DNA of 64,000 bases from an uncultured Acidimicrobiaceae bacterium (GTDB taxonomy: Bacteria > Actinomycetota > Acidimicrobiia > Acidimicrobiales > RAAP-2): the NCBI GenBank assembly GCA_963770645.1, contig CAVYQL010000002.1:146586-210585 (forward strand), written 5' to 3'. Made by a program: the position numbers and the translations under genes. Numbering within the stretch: position 1 is the stretch's first letter; every line of letters starts with the position of its first letter. A model generated the notes under the pieces. That model searched no databases. It worked only from the letters and a program-made list of their open reading frames with translations, and was not told the DNA's origin. Below are positions 1 to 12,287 of the stretch, one piece after another.

Positions 1-73
1 CCGAATTTGTGACGATCAGCACTTACGACTCCGCGGCGTTCGATGGTAGAGAGGTGCCAGCGGGTGTCGGCCC

Positions 74-712
74 GTGCGTTTGCCGGCGATGGAGCAGAGG
101 AGGGGCCCGGTGCCATCAGCTCAGGCGCATCTGCCGGACGACGAAGCGGGCCACCGGGAAGCCGGGGCTGCGCCGGACGAGGAGCACCCGATCCTCCTCG
201 AAGAGGTGGACGCCGCCCTGAACGAGTCCGCCGATGCCACCGACGCACGTGGGTCTCCATCGATCCGAGACTGGCGCGACCGCCTCACACGGGTCCTCGA
301 GACCCTGACCTACGCACGCGGCGTGCTCACGGACGACGTGAGCATCCTTCGCCATCGCCTGGCGACCGCCACACCCAGCAGCAAGGAGATGGTTGACGAC
401 CTGCCTGGCGCGTTGACCGCCCGCTCGTGGGGCGAGGGCTGGTCGGCCTCCGACGCTGCATCCGATGCGGCGGAGCTGGACCCTGGCATCTTCGTCCGAT
501 CGGATGACTTGCTCGCCGTCCACGCAGAGATGGCCAGCGTCGACCTGACATCCGTCGAGGATGTCAAGCGTGTCCTCGGCGTCCTCGAAGAGCAGGTGGC
601 CGCGCTCACGACGCGACAAGTGGCCGTCGAGGCCCGCCTGCAAGAGATCAGAGCGGCCATCGTGCGTCAGTACGAGGAGGGGGCGATCCCCACGCCGAAC
701 CGGCCGGGCTGA
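74..712 (+). CDS. hypothetical helical/coiled-coil protein
   Basis: 212-aa ORF with protein-like composition and two long predicted helices (LETLTYARGVLTDDVSIL; LEEQVAALTTRQVAVEARLQEIR). No family recognised with confidence. GTG start uncertain. Confidence 0.4.
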   Translation: MRLPAMEQRRGPVPSAQAHLPDDEAGHREAGAAPDEEHPILLEEVDAALNESADATDARGSPSIRDWRDRLTRVLETLTYARGVLTDDVSILRHRLATATPSSKEMVDDLPGALTARSWGEGWSASDAASDAAELDPGIFVRSDDLLAVHAEMASVDLTSVEDVKRVLGVLEEQVAALTTRQVAVEARLQEIRAAIVRQYEEGAIPTPNRPG

Positions 713-832
713 GGAGCCGGCGCCGGCGCTGGTCTCGGGGGTACGGCGGACGCACGCACGGATAAGCTGACGGGTCGTCAGATTCGCTGCCTACGCCGCC
801 GTGGCGGCGTTGGGCATGCTCCCGGAGGTCCC

Positions 833-2563
833 ATGCTCGACTACGTCATCCGATCCGGCACGCTCGTCGACGGGACTGGATCTCCCGCCCGTCAGGCCGA
901 TATCGGGATCCGGGACGGCCGCATCGTCGCCGTCGGCCAGGTGGACGAGCCGGCCACGACCGAGTTCGACGCCACGGGGCTCACCGTCATGCCCGGTGTC
1001 ATCGACCCGCACACGCACTACGACGCGCAGCTCTTCTGGGACCCGACCGCCTCCCCTTCCAATGTGCACGGGGTCACGACGGTCGTCGGCGGGAACTGCG
1101 GGTTCACACTCGCGCCCATCAACGCGGAGGACGCCGACTACATCCGGCGCATGATGGCCAAGGTCGAGGGCATGCCTCTGGCCGCGCTCGAACAGGGGGT
1201 CCCGTGGACCTGGTCCACCTTTGGGGAGTACCTCGACTCGCTGGACGGGCGCCTGGGCGTCAACGCCGGATTCCTGGTCGGGCACTGCGCGCTCCGGCGC
1301 AAGGTGATGGGAGCCGAGCGCGGCGACGAGGTGGCGTCGGACGAGGAGATCGCGGCGATGCGGGCGCTGTTGTCCGAGTCACTCGAGGCCGGGGGGCTCG
1401 GCTTCTCGTCGTCCCAGTCTCGCACGCACTCCGACGGTGAAGGACGACCCATCAGTTCCCGGCACGCGGACCGGCGTGAGATGTTGGCGTTCTGCGAGGA
1501 GGTCGCGTGCCACGAGGGGACGACGCTCGAATACATCACCAACGGTTGCCTCGATTCGTTCAGTCCCGAGGAGATCGACCTGATGACGACGATGAGCGTC
1601 ACCGCACAGCGTCCCTTGAACTGGAATGTGCTCACCGTCGACGCCCGCTCGGCCGAGCGCATCGAGCACCAACTGTCGGCTTCGTCCGCCGCGGCGGCAG
1701 CCGGCGGGCGCATCGTTGCGCTCACCATGCCGACGTTGGTCCCCATGAACATGAGCTTCCGCACACACTGTGCGCTCTTCCTCATCCCCGGCTGGGCTGA
1801 CGTGATGGGTCTGCCCGAAGACGAACGCAAGCAGCAGCTGGCCGACCCCGACGTCCGCGCTCAGCTCGATGAGCGAGCGCGCAGCAAGGAGGCCGGGGTC
1901 TTCCGCGGGCTGTCGCACTGGGGCACCTACGTCATCGGCGACACCTATACGCCGGCCAACGAGGGCTGTGCCTTCCGGAGCGTGGCCGACATCGCGGCCG
2001 AGCGCGGCACCGCGCCCTTCGACACCTTGTTGGACATCGTGTTGGCCGACGACCTCCGGACGGTGCTCTGGCCCAACACCGACGACGGCACCGACGCCAC
2101 CTGGGCCATGCGGGCCGCCATCTGGAGCGACCCACGGGCCATGGTCGGCGGGTCCGACGCCGGCGCGCACCTCGACCGCATGTGCGGCTCGAGCTACCCC
2201 ACCGCCTTCCTGGCCGATTGCCTGCGCGGCCGCCAGCTCGTGCCGGTGGAACAGGCGGTGCAGATGATGACCTCGCAACCGGCGGCACTGTTCGGGATCC
2301 GTGAGCGCGGTGTGGTGCGCGAAGGGTTCGCCGCCGACCTCTTCGTCTTCGACCCGGCCACCGTGGATTCGGAACCGGCCCGCCTGGTGCACGACCTGCC
2401 CGGCGGCGAGACCCCCCGCCTCTACGCCGGTTCCCACGGGGTCGTCCGGGTGCTGGTGAACGGCGTGGAGACGGTTCGTGACGGGGAGGCGACCGGGTCC
2501 TTGCCCGGCACCCTGTTGCGCTCCGGCCGGGACACCGCCTCGGTGATCCCCGTGCCGGCCTGA
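833..2563 (+). CDS. D-aminoacylase (N-acyl-D-amino-acid deacylase) family amidohydrolase
   Basis: 576-aa ORF. N-terminus MLDYVIRSGTLVDGTG..IGIRDGRIVAVG..VMPGVIDPHTHYD carries the HxH metal site typical of this family. Overlapping antisense ORFs are Arg/Pro/Gly-rich artefacts. Confidence 0.8.
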   Translation: MLDYVIRSGTLVDGTGSPARQADIGIRDGRIVAVGQVDEPATTEFDATGLTVMPGVIDPHTHYDAQLFWDPTASPSNVHGVTTVVGGNCGFTLAPINAEDADYIRRMMAKVEGMPLAALEQGVPWTWSTFGEYLDSLDGRLGVNAGFLVGHCALRRKVMGAERGDEVASDEEIAAMRALLSESLEAGGLGFSSSQSRTHSDGEGRPISSRHADRREMLAFCEEVACHEGTTLEYITNGCLDSFSPEEIDLMTTMSVTAQRPLNWNVLTVDARSAERIEHQLSASSAAAAAGGRIVALTMPTLVPMNMSFRTHCALFLIPGWADVMGLPEDERKQQLADPDVRAQLDERARSKEAGVFRGLSHWGTYVIGDTYTPANEGCAFRSVADIAAERGTAPFDTLLDIVLADDLRTVLWPNTDDGTDATWAMRAAIWSDPRAMVGGSDAGAHLDRMCGSSYPTAFLADCLRGRQLVPVEQAVQMMTSQPAALFGIRERGVVREGFAADLFVFDPATVDSEPARLVHDLPGGETPRLYAGSHGVVRVLVNGVETVRDGEATGSLPGTLLRSGRDTASVIPVPA

Positions 2564-2600
2564 GCCCCCGGCCACCGCATCGCCGTCTAGCCTGCCTCCG

Positions 2601-3320
2601 GTGACGCCCGAACCCAACGACCCGGCGGTCGCCGTGGAGGAGCCGCTGCCGGGCGCCCCACTCAGTGCCGCGCCTCCCGCTGGCCCCCACGGGCCCAATG
2701 GATCAGGCGGCCAGGACGGGACCGAAGGGCCGTCAGGTGCCCCCGAAACGGCGCCACGGTCGAACACTCGCTGGATCCGCGAGGGCGTCATCGTGGTCGT
2801 CATCGCCGTCTTGGTCGCGGTCCTGCTGCGTGCCTTCGTCGTCCAGACCTTCTTCATCCCGTCGGGTTCCATGGAGCCCACCCTCCAGATCGGCGACCGC
2901 ATCCTCGTCAACAAGCTCAGCTACGACCTTCATGGCGTCGACCGCGGCGACATCGTGGTCTTCTCGCGGCCGCCCGCCGAGAATTGCGGTGGGCCAGAGG
3001 TGAACGACCTCGTGAAGAGGGTCATCGGGCTCCCTGGGGAGACGATCTCACTCGCCAGCGGCTACGTCTACATCGACGGGAAGCGCCTCAACGAGTCCTA
3101 CCTCCCCGCACAGGAACAGGGGATCACCACCCCAGGCCCCGGAGGCCCTCCCTACAGCCTCGCGCACCCCTTCCACATCCCGGCCAACGACTACTTCGTC
3201 ATGGGCGACAACCGGGCCGATTCCTGTGACAGCCGTTACTGGGGTCCGATCCCCAAGTCACTCATCGTGGGAAAGGTCGATCTGCGGGTCTGGCCGCTCT
3301 CGTCGATCCACTTCTTCTAG
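2601..3320 (+). CDS. lepB: signal peptidase I
   Basis: GSMEPTL (catalytic Ser box), VKRVIGLPGE and GDNRADSCDSRYWGPIP boxes. N-terminal TM segment after a Pro-rich leader. Confidence 0.9.
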   Translation: MTPEPNDPAVAVEEPLPGAPLSAAPPAGPHGPNGSGGQDGTEGPSGAPETAPRSNTRWIREGVIVVVIAVLVAVLLRAFVVQTFFIPSGSMEPTLQIGDRILVNKLSYDLHGVDRGDIVVFSRPPAENCGGPEVNDLVKRVIGLPGETISLASGYVYIDGKRLNESYLPAQEQGITTPGPGGPPYSLAHPFHIPANDYFVMGDNRADSCDSRYWGPIPKSLIVGKVDLRVWPLSSIHFF

Positions 3321-3344
3321 TTCGGGCCACTTCTGGCCTGTAGC

Positions 3345-5857
3345 TCAGCCCTCGTCGGCCTCCGCCGCCACCGGCGCCACCGCCGCCACGGACTGGCCTT
3401 CGTCGAGGTTCATGACCCGGACCCCCGTCGCGTCCCGGCCCTGCGAGGCGATCTCGCGCACCACCGTCCTGATGACCACCCCACCCGAGGACACCAGCAG
3501 GATCTCTTCGTCGAGGGCCACCATGAACGCGCTGACCACGGTGCCGCGGGTACCCGTCAGCCGGATGCCGCGTACGCCCTGCCCGCCACGGGTCTGGCGG
3601 TTGAAACGCTCGAGCTTGGTCCGTTTGCCGTAGCCGGCGTCGGTGACGATGAGGATGTCGGTGTCGTCCGCCGCCACGTCCAACGACACCACGACGTCGC
3701 CCTGGCGAAGACGGATGCCGCGTACGCCGGCGGCATCGCGGCCCATCGGCCGCACGTCCTCCTCGTTGAAGCGGATGGTCATGCCGTTGCGTGTCACCTC
3801 GAAGAGGTCGTCGTGCCCCGACGTCGCCACGACGCGGACCAGCTCGTCGCCGTCGCGCAGGTTGATGGCGATGAAGCCCTCCCGCCGCGACTTGTCGTAC
3901 TCGCTCATGGCGGTCTTCTTCACCTGCCCGTGCGCCGTGGCGAAGACCAGGTACTGGTCAGGCGAGAACTCGCGCGTCGCGATGATGGCCGTGATCGACT
4001 CGTTCGGCGCCAGCGGGACCAGGTTGACGGCCGCCGTCCCGCGGCGGTGCGGTCCTTCATGGGGATCTCGTGCCCCCGCAGCCGGTAGACCTTGCCCTGG
4101 TTCGAGAAGAGCAACAGGTAGGCGTGGGCCGAGGTCTGCACCACCTGGCTCACTAGGTCCTCTTCCTTCAGGCGGGCACCCTGGACGCCGCGCCCGCCAC
4201 GGCCCTGAGTGCGGAAGGCCGCCGCCGCCACCGATTTGATGTAGCCGGCCCTGGTCATGGTCACGACGATCTCCTCGTCGTCGATCAGGTCCTCCACGCC
4301 CATCTCCCCGGGGTCGTGAGTGATGACGCTCCGGCGGGGGTTGGCGTACTTGTCGCGGATCGCGGTCATCTCGGTCTCGATGACGCCGCGCAGCTTGCCG
4401 TCGTCGGACAGGATCGCCTCGAGCTCGGCGATGGTGGCGCGCAGCTCTTCCATCTCGGCTTCCAACTCGGAGCGACCCAGCCGGGTCAGCCGGCCGAGGG
4501 TCATGTCGAGAATGTGGGTGGCTTGCACCTCGGTGAACGAGAAGGGCTCCGCCATCAACGACGTGCGGGCCTCGGGGCGGTCGGCTGACGCCCGGATCGT
4601 GGCGATGACCGCGTCGAGCATGTCGATCGCCCTGAGCAGGCCCTCGACGATGTGCGCGCGGTTGCGCGCCTTCTCCAGCCGGTATTCGGACCGACGCTGA
4701 ATGACCTCAATCTGGTGATCGATGTAGTACGAGAGTGCCTGCGCGAGGTTGAGCGTGCGTGGCACGCCGTCCACCAGGGCCAGCATGTTGACGCCGAAGC
4801 TGGTCTGGAGCGGCGTCTGCTTGTACAGGTTGTTCAAGACGACATTGGCGTTCGCGTCACGCTTGAGGTCGATGACCAGTCTCGGCTGCTGGTTGGCCGA
4901 GGCGTTGCGCATCCCGCTGATCCCGTCGAGATCGCCGGCCCGCACCAACTCGGTGATCTTCTGCTCGATCACCTCGACGGAGGTCTGATACGGGAGCTCG
5001 GAGACGACGATGTGGTCGCCGGTGCGGCCCTCCTCTATTTCGGCCACGGCGCGCATCTTGATGGAGCCGCGACCGGTCCGGTAGGCGTCGAGGATGCCCT
5101 GCCGGCCGAGGATCTGCGCGCCCGTCGGGAAGTCGGGGCCCTTGACGAACTCCATGAGCTCGTCGGGCGTCGCCTCGGGGTGGTGCAGCACGTGGATGGC
5201 TGCGTCGATCACCTCACCCATGTTGTGCGGCGGGACGTTGGTCGCCATGCCAACGGCGATGCCCTGTGACCCGTTGACCAAGAGGTTGGGGAAGCGCCCC
5301 GGCAGCACGACGGGCTCGAGGGCCGAGCCGTCGTAGTTGGCCACCATGTCGACGGTCTCTTCGTCGATGTCGGCCATCAGTTCGAGCGCGAGTGGGGCCA
5401 GGCGGCACTCGGTGTAGCGCATGGCCGCGGCGCCGTCGTCGGGACCCCGGCCGCCGAAGCTGCCGTGCCCGTCGATCAGCGGGTGGCGGAGCGAGAACTC
5501 CTGGACCATGCGGGCCAGCGCCTCGTAGATCGCCGAGTCGCCGTGGGGGTGATATGTCCCCATGACCTCTCCGACGACCTTGGCGCACTTGCTGTGGGGC
5601 CGGTCGGGACGTTGCCCGTTGTCGAACATGGAGTAGAGGATCCGGCGGTGCACCGGCTTGAGGCCGTCGCGCACGTCAGGGAGGGCGCGGGCGACGATGA
5701 CGGACATGGAGTACTCGAGGAACGAGCGCTCCATCTCCTCTTGGATCTCAATGGGCTCGATGGAGCCGCTGACCGGCTCGTCGCTCTCGGGGGGGCCCTC
5801 GCCGTCCCCGCCCGAGCCCGCTCCCCCGCGGCCCGAGCCGCGTGTCGATTGTGGCAT
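3345..5857 (-). CDS. gyrA: DNA gyrase subunit A, frame interrupted by an apparent 1-nt indel near 4041-4047
   Basis: The N-terminal ORF (3920..5857) has [24 protein letters not shown] and the full GyrA core. After [11 protein letters not shown] it turns to junk. The adjacent frame continues [20 protein letters not shown]... into ORF 3345..3923 (beta-pinwheel repeats). Confidence 0.9.
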
Positions 5858-5883
5858 GTGCTCCCTACTCCTAATCCGCTTGC

Positions 5884-7860
<1,977 letters not shown>

Positions 7861-8047
7861 TCAAAAACGACGGTCTCACGGTACGAATCGAATCCCCGAA
7901 CAGTGCACGTCCGGCCTTTCGATGCGACACACCATTCTACCCGACCGACGTGACAATTCGGCACTCCTGAACGGTCTGTGGCAGGCCTCTCACCAGGACC
8001 CTCACAATCACGACAGAGCCGAATCAAAGACCGGCGCGCGGACCGCG

Positions 8048-8356
8048 TCAGGGCCGCTCGACGACGACCTCCAGACGCTCGATCGCGTTGCCTTCGACAC
8101 CCCTGATCCGGCCGAGAATTTGCGCCGACTCCATGCGCGCGCGGGTACCCCAAGCCGGATGGTCGACCGCCACGACGAGCGTCGTGCCGTCGAGGCGCAA
8201 CGGGCGCGCGTGGTCGGCCAGCTCACGGCCTACGACCGATTCCCACCGGCCGAAGACGGCCTCCATCGTGGCCGGCGACACCGGCACACCGAGCCGGCTC
8301 AACAGGCGTGGCACCGAGTCCCCGACGCGCCGCGGCCCCCCACCGGCCCTCGTCAT
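8048..8356 (-). CDS. DUF721 / DciA-like protein
   Basis: 102-aa ORF between recF and gyrB, the position of Rv0004-type DUF721 proteins. Sequence pattern ...LLSRLG...W..VVG..LA.H..P..L..G.L.V.V....W...L is typical of the family. Confidence 0.7.
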   Translation of the reverse strand: MTRAGGGPRRVGDSVPRLLSRLGVPVSPATMEAVFGRWESVVGRELADHARPLRLDGTTLVVAVDHPAWGTRARMESAQILGRIRGVEGNAIERLEVVVERP

Positions 8357-9431
8357 GCGGCCGCGAGTGCCTGCACCGGGAGGACCCGCGCCACCGTGAT
8401 GCCTTCGGGCAAGGGCGCCGCCGTGGTGAGGATCGCCTGCCCCTCGGGGAGCTCCGCCACCAGGGCGCGGCTGCGGTCCGGGTCGAGCTCGGAGAACACG
8501 TCGTCGAGCAGCAGGGTCGGCACCAGGGCGGTCCGGGCCCGGATCAGTCCGTGCACGCCCAGGCGCAGTGCCAGGGCGAGACAGCGTTGCTCGCCCTGGG
8601 AGGCGTGGGTGCGGGCCTCACGATCCTCGATCGCCAGGGCGAGGTCGTCGCGGTGCGGGCCGACGGTGTTGACGCCGCGCCGCAGGTCGTCTCGTCGGCT
8701 TGTCTCGAGAGCCGCCAGGAGGTCGCCGTCCCAACTGCGGCGGTACTGCTGGCGCACGAGGGTGCGTCCTCCCGCGCCGGCGAGCCGGCTGTAGGCCGCA
8801 CCCACCAGAGGCTCGAGGTCCGCCGCCAGGCGTTCGCGCGCCGCGACGAGAACCTTGCCGGCGTCGGCCAGCCGCTGGTCCCATACGTCGAGGGAGCTGT
8901 TCACGTCAGGACCGGCCCGCCCGCCCGACTGGCGCAACAGCGCGGCGCGCTGGCGCAGCACACGCTCCGTCTCGTCAACCGCGCGCGCCCCTCGGGATCG
9001 AGCAGAGCCAGCGCGTCGTCGAGCAGGTCGCGACGCCCCTTGGGGCCGCCGCTGATCAGCGTGAGGTCTTCGGGTGAGAAGACCGTGCACGGAACGGCGG
9101 CCCCGAGGTCCTTGCGCGTGGACACAGCCTTACGGTTGACCCTCGTCCGGCTCGACGCGCCCGGTGCCAACTCCGCCTCGACCAACGCCGGGCTGTCGGG
9201 ACGATCGACGTCCGCACGCAAGATCGCGCTGCTCGCGCCCGTCCGCACCAGCGCTTCGGGCGGGGCCCCCCGGAAGGACCGGCGCGTGCCGAGATACGCA
9301 ACCGCCTCGAGCACACTCGTCTTCCCCGTGCCGTTCGGGCCCGTGATCACCGTTGTGCCTTCGGTCTCGGGCTCGACCAGCGCGTGCGTGAAGATGCGAA
9401 AGTCGATCAGCTCCAGCCGGCGGAGGCTCAC
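8353..9431 (-). CDS. recF: DNA replication/repair protein RecF, frame interrupted by an apparent 1-nt indel near 8994-8996
   Basis: The N-terminal part (GTG at 9431: VSLRRLELIDFRIF...ITGPNGTGKTSVLEA) and the C-terminal part (ERVLRQRAALL...GEQRCLALALRLG...LLLDDVFSELD) lie in frames offset by one. The junction is at LLDP / RGARAVDE. Confidence 0.85.
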
Positions 9432-9447
9432 CGTTGCGCGCCAACAC

Positions 9448-10566
9448 TCAGGAGACACGCACCGGCATGAGGAGGTACCGGAACTTGTCATCCTCGGCGC
9501 CGCGCACCGTCGCCGCGCGCGACGCGTCGGCTGTCTCGACGATTACCTCGTCACCGATCACGGCTTCCACGCCGTCGATGAGGTACGAGGGGTTGAACGC
9601 GATAATGAGCTCTTCGCCGCTGTAGTCGCCGTCCACCGTCTCCGCCGCGTCGCCCACGTCCTGGCTCTGCACCGTGAGGTCCACTCCCCCACCTCGCATC
9701 GAGAGCCGCACCGGGGTCGTGTTGTCCCGGACGAGGAGCTGCACCCGGCGCAAGGCGGCCAGGAAATTCTCCTTCCCGAGGTGCAGCCGGTTCGGGTACT
9801 GGTCGGGAATCAGTTGTTTGTAGTCCGGGTAGCGGCCCTCGAGCAGGCGCGTGCTGATCTGGACGTTGCCCTGCCAGAAGGTGATCTCGTTCGCACTCGC
9901 GGCGACTCCGACCCGGTCGGTTTCGGCCCCTTCGGTAATGGTCCGCGCCGGCAGGCGCTGGAGCTCCGAGAGGGCCCGGGCCGGCACCAACAGATCCTCT
10001 TCGCCCGGGATGGTGTTGGCCTCGGGCAGGTCCCGCATGGCCATGCGGTACGAGTCGGTCGCCACCATGCGGAGTAACCCGTCGACCCGCGAGACCAAGA
10101 CACCGGTGAGCAGCGGCCGGCCGTCATCGTGCGATGCCGCGCGCACCACCTGGCGCACCGCTTCGGCGAGCCCGGCCTCCGACAGCTGCGTCATGGGCTC
10201 GCTGGTCTTGGCGACTTGGGGGAACTCCACCACCGGATAGGTCTGCAACTTGAACGTCGAGCGGGCGGCGGAAATGGTGATGTGATCCCCCTCGTCGGCC
10301 AACGTCACCGCGCCGGGCTCGAGCCGGCGCACGATGTCGGTCGAGAGCCGCGCCGGAATGACACAACTCCCGTCGTCGATCCCGATCACCTCGTCGGTCA
10401 CCTGGATCGTCAAGTCGAGGTCCGTTCCCGTCACGCGCAGGGTGTTTCCCTCACACTGCAACAAGAGACCCAAGAGCACGGGCGACGAGCCGCCACGGCC
10501 ACCGACGGCACGGCTTGCCGTGGCGAGCATCTCGACGAGCGAGTCTCGCTCGGATCTGAACTTCAC
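9448..10566 (-). CDS. dnaN: DNA polymerase III beta sliding clamp
   Basis: VKFRSERDSLVEMLATASRAV... start (GTG at 10566, GAAAGGA about 9 nt upstream). The 81 aa upstream in the 453-aa track ORF are low-complexity and fall in the oriC spacer. Confidence 0.9.
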   Translation of the reverse strand: MKFRSERDSLVEMLATASRAVGGRGGSSPVLLGLLLQCEGNTLRVTGTDLDLTIQVTDEVIGIDDGSCVIPARLSTDIVRRLEPGAVTLADEGDHITISAARSTFKLQTYPVVEFPQVAKTSEPMTQLSEAGLAEAVRQVVRAASHDDGRPLLTGVLVSRVDGLLRMVATDSYRMAMRDLPEANTIPGEEDLLVPARALSELQRLPARTITEGAETDRVGVAASANEITFWQGNVQISTRLLEGRYPDYKQLIPDQYPNRLHLGKENFLAALRRVQLLVRDNTTPVRLSMRGGGVDLTVQSQDVGDAAETVDGDYSGEELIIAFNPSYLIDGVEAVIGDEVIVETADASRAATVRGAEDDKFRYLLMPVRVS

Positions 10567-10865
10567 CGATGTCGGTCCTTTCGGATGGGGCCCTGCTGTT
10601 TCTTCGTGGAGGGAAGAGTATGTGAAGTTGGTAAAGGTAGTAAGGGGTGTGGATTGTGGAGGACATGGTCGCTCCCCTGCTGAAGACGCCACGTGGTATC
10701 CCCATGGCTGTGTGGTTCGCGGGAGGCGGCGCAGCCCACCGGCCGAGGGGCTGGGGGTGGGTGGGGACAAGAGGGGGAACGGTCCACAGAGGCGGCCGCG
10801 CCTGTCCACAACCTTTTCCTCTTGTGACTCACAAGACGTCGGGGTAGGCGGCGAAGGGGGGAGCC
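10567..10865. promoter_or_regulatory. candidate oriC (dnaA-dnaN spacer with DnaA-box-like 9-mers)
   Basis: CTGTCCACA at 10802-10810, GGTCCACAG at 10781-10789, TGTGGATTG at 10648-10656 and TGTGGAGGA at 10655-10663 (reverse-orientation boxes). A relatively A/T-richer stretch lies at 10611-10660. Palindrome CTTGTGAcTCACAAG at 10821-10835. Confidence 0.6.
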
Positions 10866-12287
10866 TCAGTCCGAGCCCGCACGGACCTTTTGGCTCAGCT
10901 CGGTGACCTGCTCGTAGATCTGGCGTCGTTCTGCCATTTGCCCGGTGATCTTGTCGACGGCGTGGATGACGGTCGTGTGGTCCCGGTTGCCGAAGACCCG
11001 GCCGATGGCCGGATAGCTGTAGTCGGTGAGCTCTCGGGTCAGGTACATGGCCACCTGGCGGGCGGTGACCAGTGGCCTGGTGCGGCTGGGGCCGATGATG
11101 GATTCGACTGAGAACCCGTAGCTGGCGGCCACGGTGTCGAGGATCATCTGGGGTGAGACCCGCCGGGGTTCGCCCGCCTCGACCAGGTCGGCGAGGACCT
11201 TTTCGGCCTGTTCGTGCGAGATGGGCCTCTTGTTCAGTTTGGCGAAGGCGCAGATGCGGGTGAGCGCGCCCTCGAGCTCACGGATGTTGTCCTTCACATG
11301 CGCAGCGATGAATTCGAGCACGTCGTCGGGGACGTCGTAGTGCTCGCTCAGGGACTTGGAGCGCAAGATGGCGAGGCGCGTCTCGAGGTCGGGCGGGTCG
11401 ATCTCGGTGATGAGTCCGGAGAGAAAGCGGCTACGCAGGCGGTCCTCGAGCGTCTCGATCGACTTGGGGGCGCGGTCCGAGGTGAGGACGATCTGCTTGG
11501 AGGCGCCCTTGAGGTCGTTGTAGGTGTGGAAGAACTCCTCTTGGAGTCCCTCTTTGCGTTCCATGAACTGGACATCGTCGATGAGGAGGACGTCACAGTC
11601 GCGGTAGCGACGCTTGAAGGCCAGGGTGGTCGAGCTGCGGAGGGCGTCGACGAAGTCGTTCATGAACGTCTCGGTGGTGACGTAGAGGACCTTGCGCCGG
11701 GGGTAGTTCTCGGTGACGTAGTTGGCGATGGCGTGGAGCAGATGCGTCTTGCCGAGCCCCGAATCGCCGTAGATGAACAGCGGGTTGTACGAGCGGCCGG
11801 GTGTCTCGGCGACGGCCTGGGCCGCCGCGTGGGCGAGGCGGTTGGACGAGGCGGCCACGAAGGTCTCAAAGGTGAATTTCGTATCGAGCTGGACCGCGGG
11901 CGACTCACGGCCGGAAGCGGCCGCAGACGAGCCCTCACGAGCGAACGTCGGCTCTACCAGGGGATCTTCTCCGAGCAGGCCGTTCGTGACATGAGGTCGG
12001 CCGGGCGCATCCACCGGACTCGGCGTGGCGGCCGGAGCCGGCTCGCGCACGGAGAGCCGCACCCGTACGGGGTCGCCCACCTCGTTGGCCAGGGTGTCTT
12101 CGATCATCAGCAGGTAGCGCGACTCGACCCGCTCCCGGATGAAGGGGCTGGGCACCGACAGCGTGAACACGCCGTCGGCCAAGCCCACCGGCTCGATCCC
12201 GGCCAGCCAGAGTTGCCACGTGCTCTCGGAGACCTGGTCGCGCAGGGACTTCGAGCACCTCGTCCAGAGTTCTATCGCCTGCGTCAC
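10866..12287 (-). CDS. dnaA: chromosomal replication initiator DnaA
   Basis: AAA+ core (NPLFIYGDSGLGKTHLLHAI, LLIDDVQF) and C-terminal DNA-binding helix (RQVAMYLTRELT..S...IG..FG.RDHTTVIHA). Start chosen at GTG 12287 (VTQAIELWTRC...). The upstream 142 aa of the track ORF look non-coding. Confidence 0.9.
   Translation of the reverse strand: MTQAIELWTRCSKSLRDQVSESTWQLWLAGIEPVGLADGVFTLSVPSPFIRERVESRYLLMIEDTLANEVGDPVRVRLSVREPAPAATPSPVDAPGRPHVTNGLLGEDPLVEPTFAREGSSAAASGRESPAVQLDTKFTFETFVAASSNRLAHAAAQAVAETPGRSYNPLFIYGDSGLGKTHLLHAIANYVTENYPRRKVLYVTTETFMNDFVDALRSSTTLAFKRRYRDCDVLLIDDVQFMERKEGLQEEFFHTYNDLKGASKQIVLTSDRAPKSIETLEDRLRSRFLSGLITEIDPPDLETRLAILRSKSLSEHYDVPDDVLEFIAAHVKDNIRELEGALTRICAFAKLNKRPISHEQAEKVLADLVEAGEPRRVSPQMILDTVAASYGFSVESIIGPSRTRPLVTARQVAMYLTRELTDYSYPAIGRVFGNRDHTTVIHAVDKITGQMAERRQIYEQVTELSQKVRAGSD

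Noticed and set aside
1379-2914. 511-aa minus-strand ORF overlapping the D-aminoacylase and lepB genes
   Set aside because: Arg/Gly/Pro/Ala-dominated low-complexity translation. It is antisense to two genes with clear family motifs, a typical open-frame artefact of high-GC DNA.
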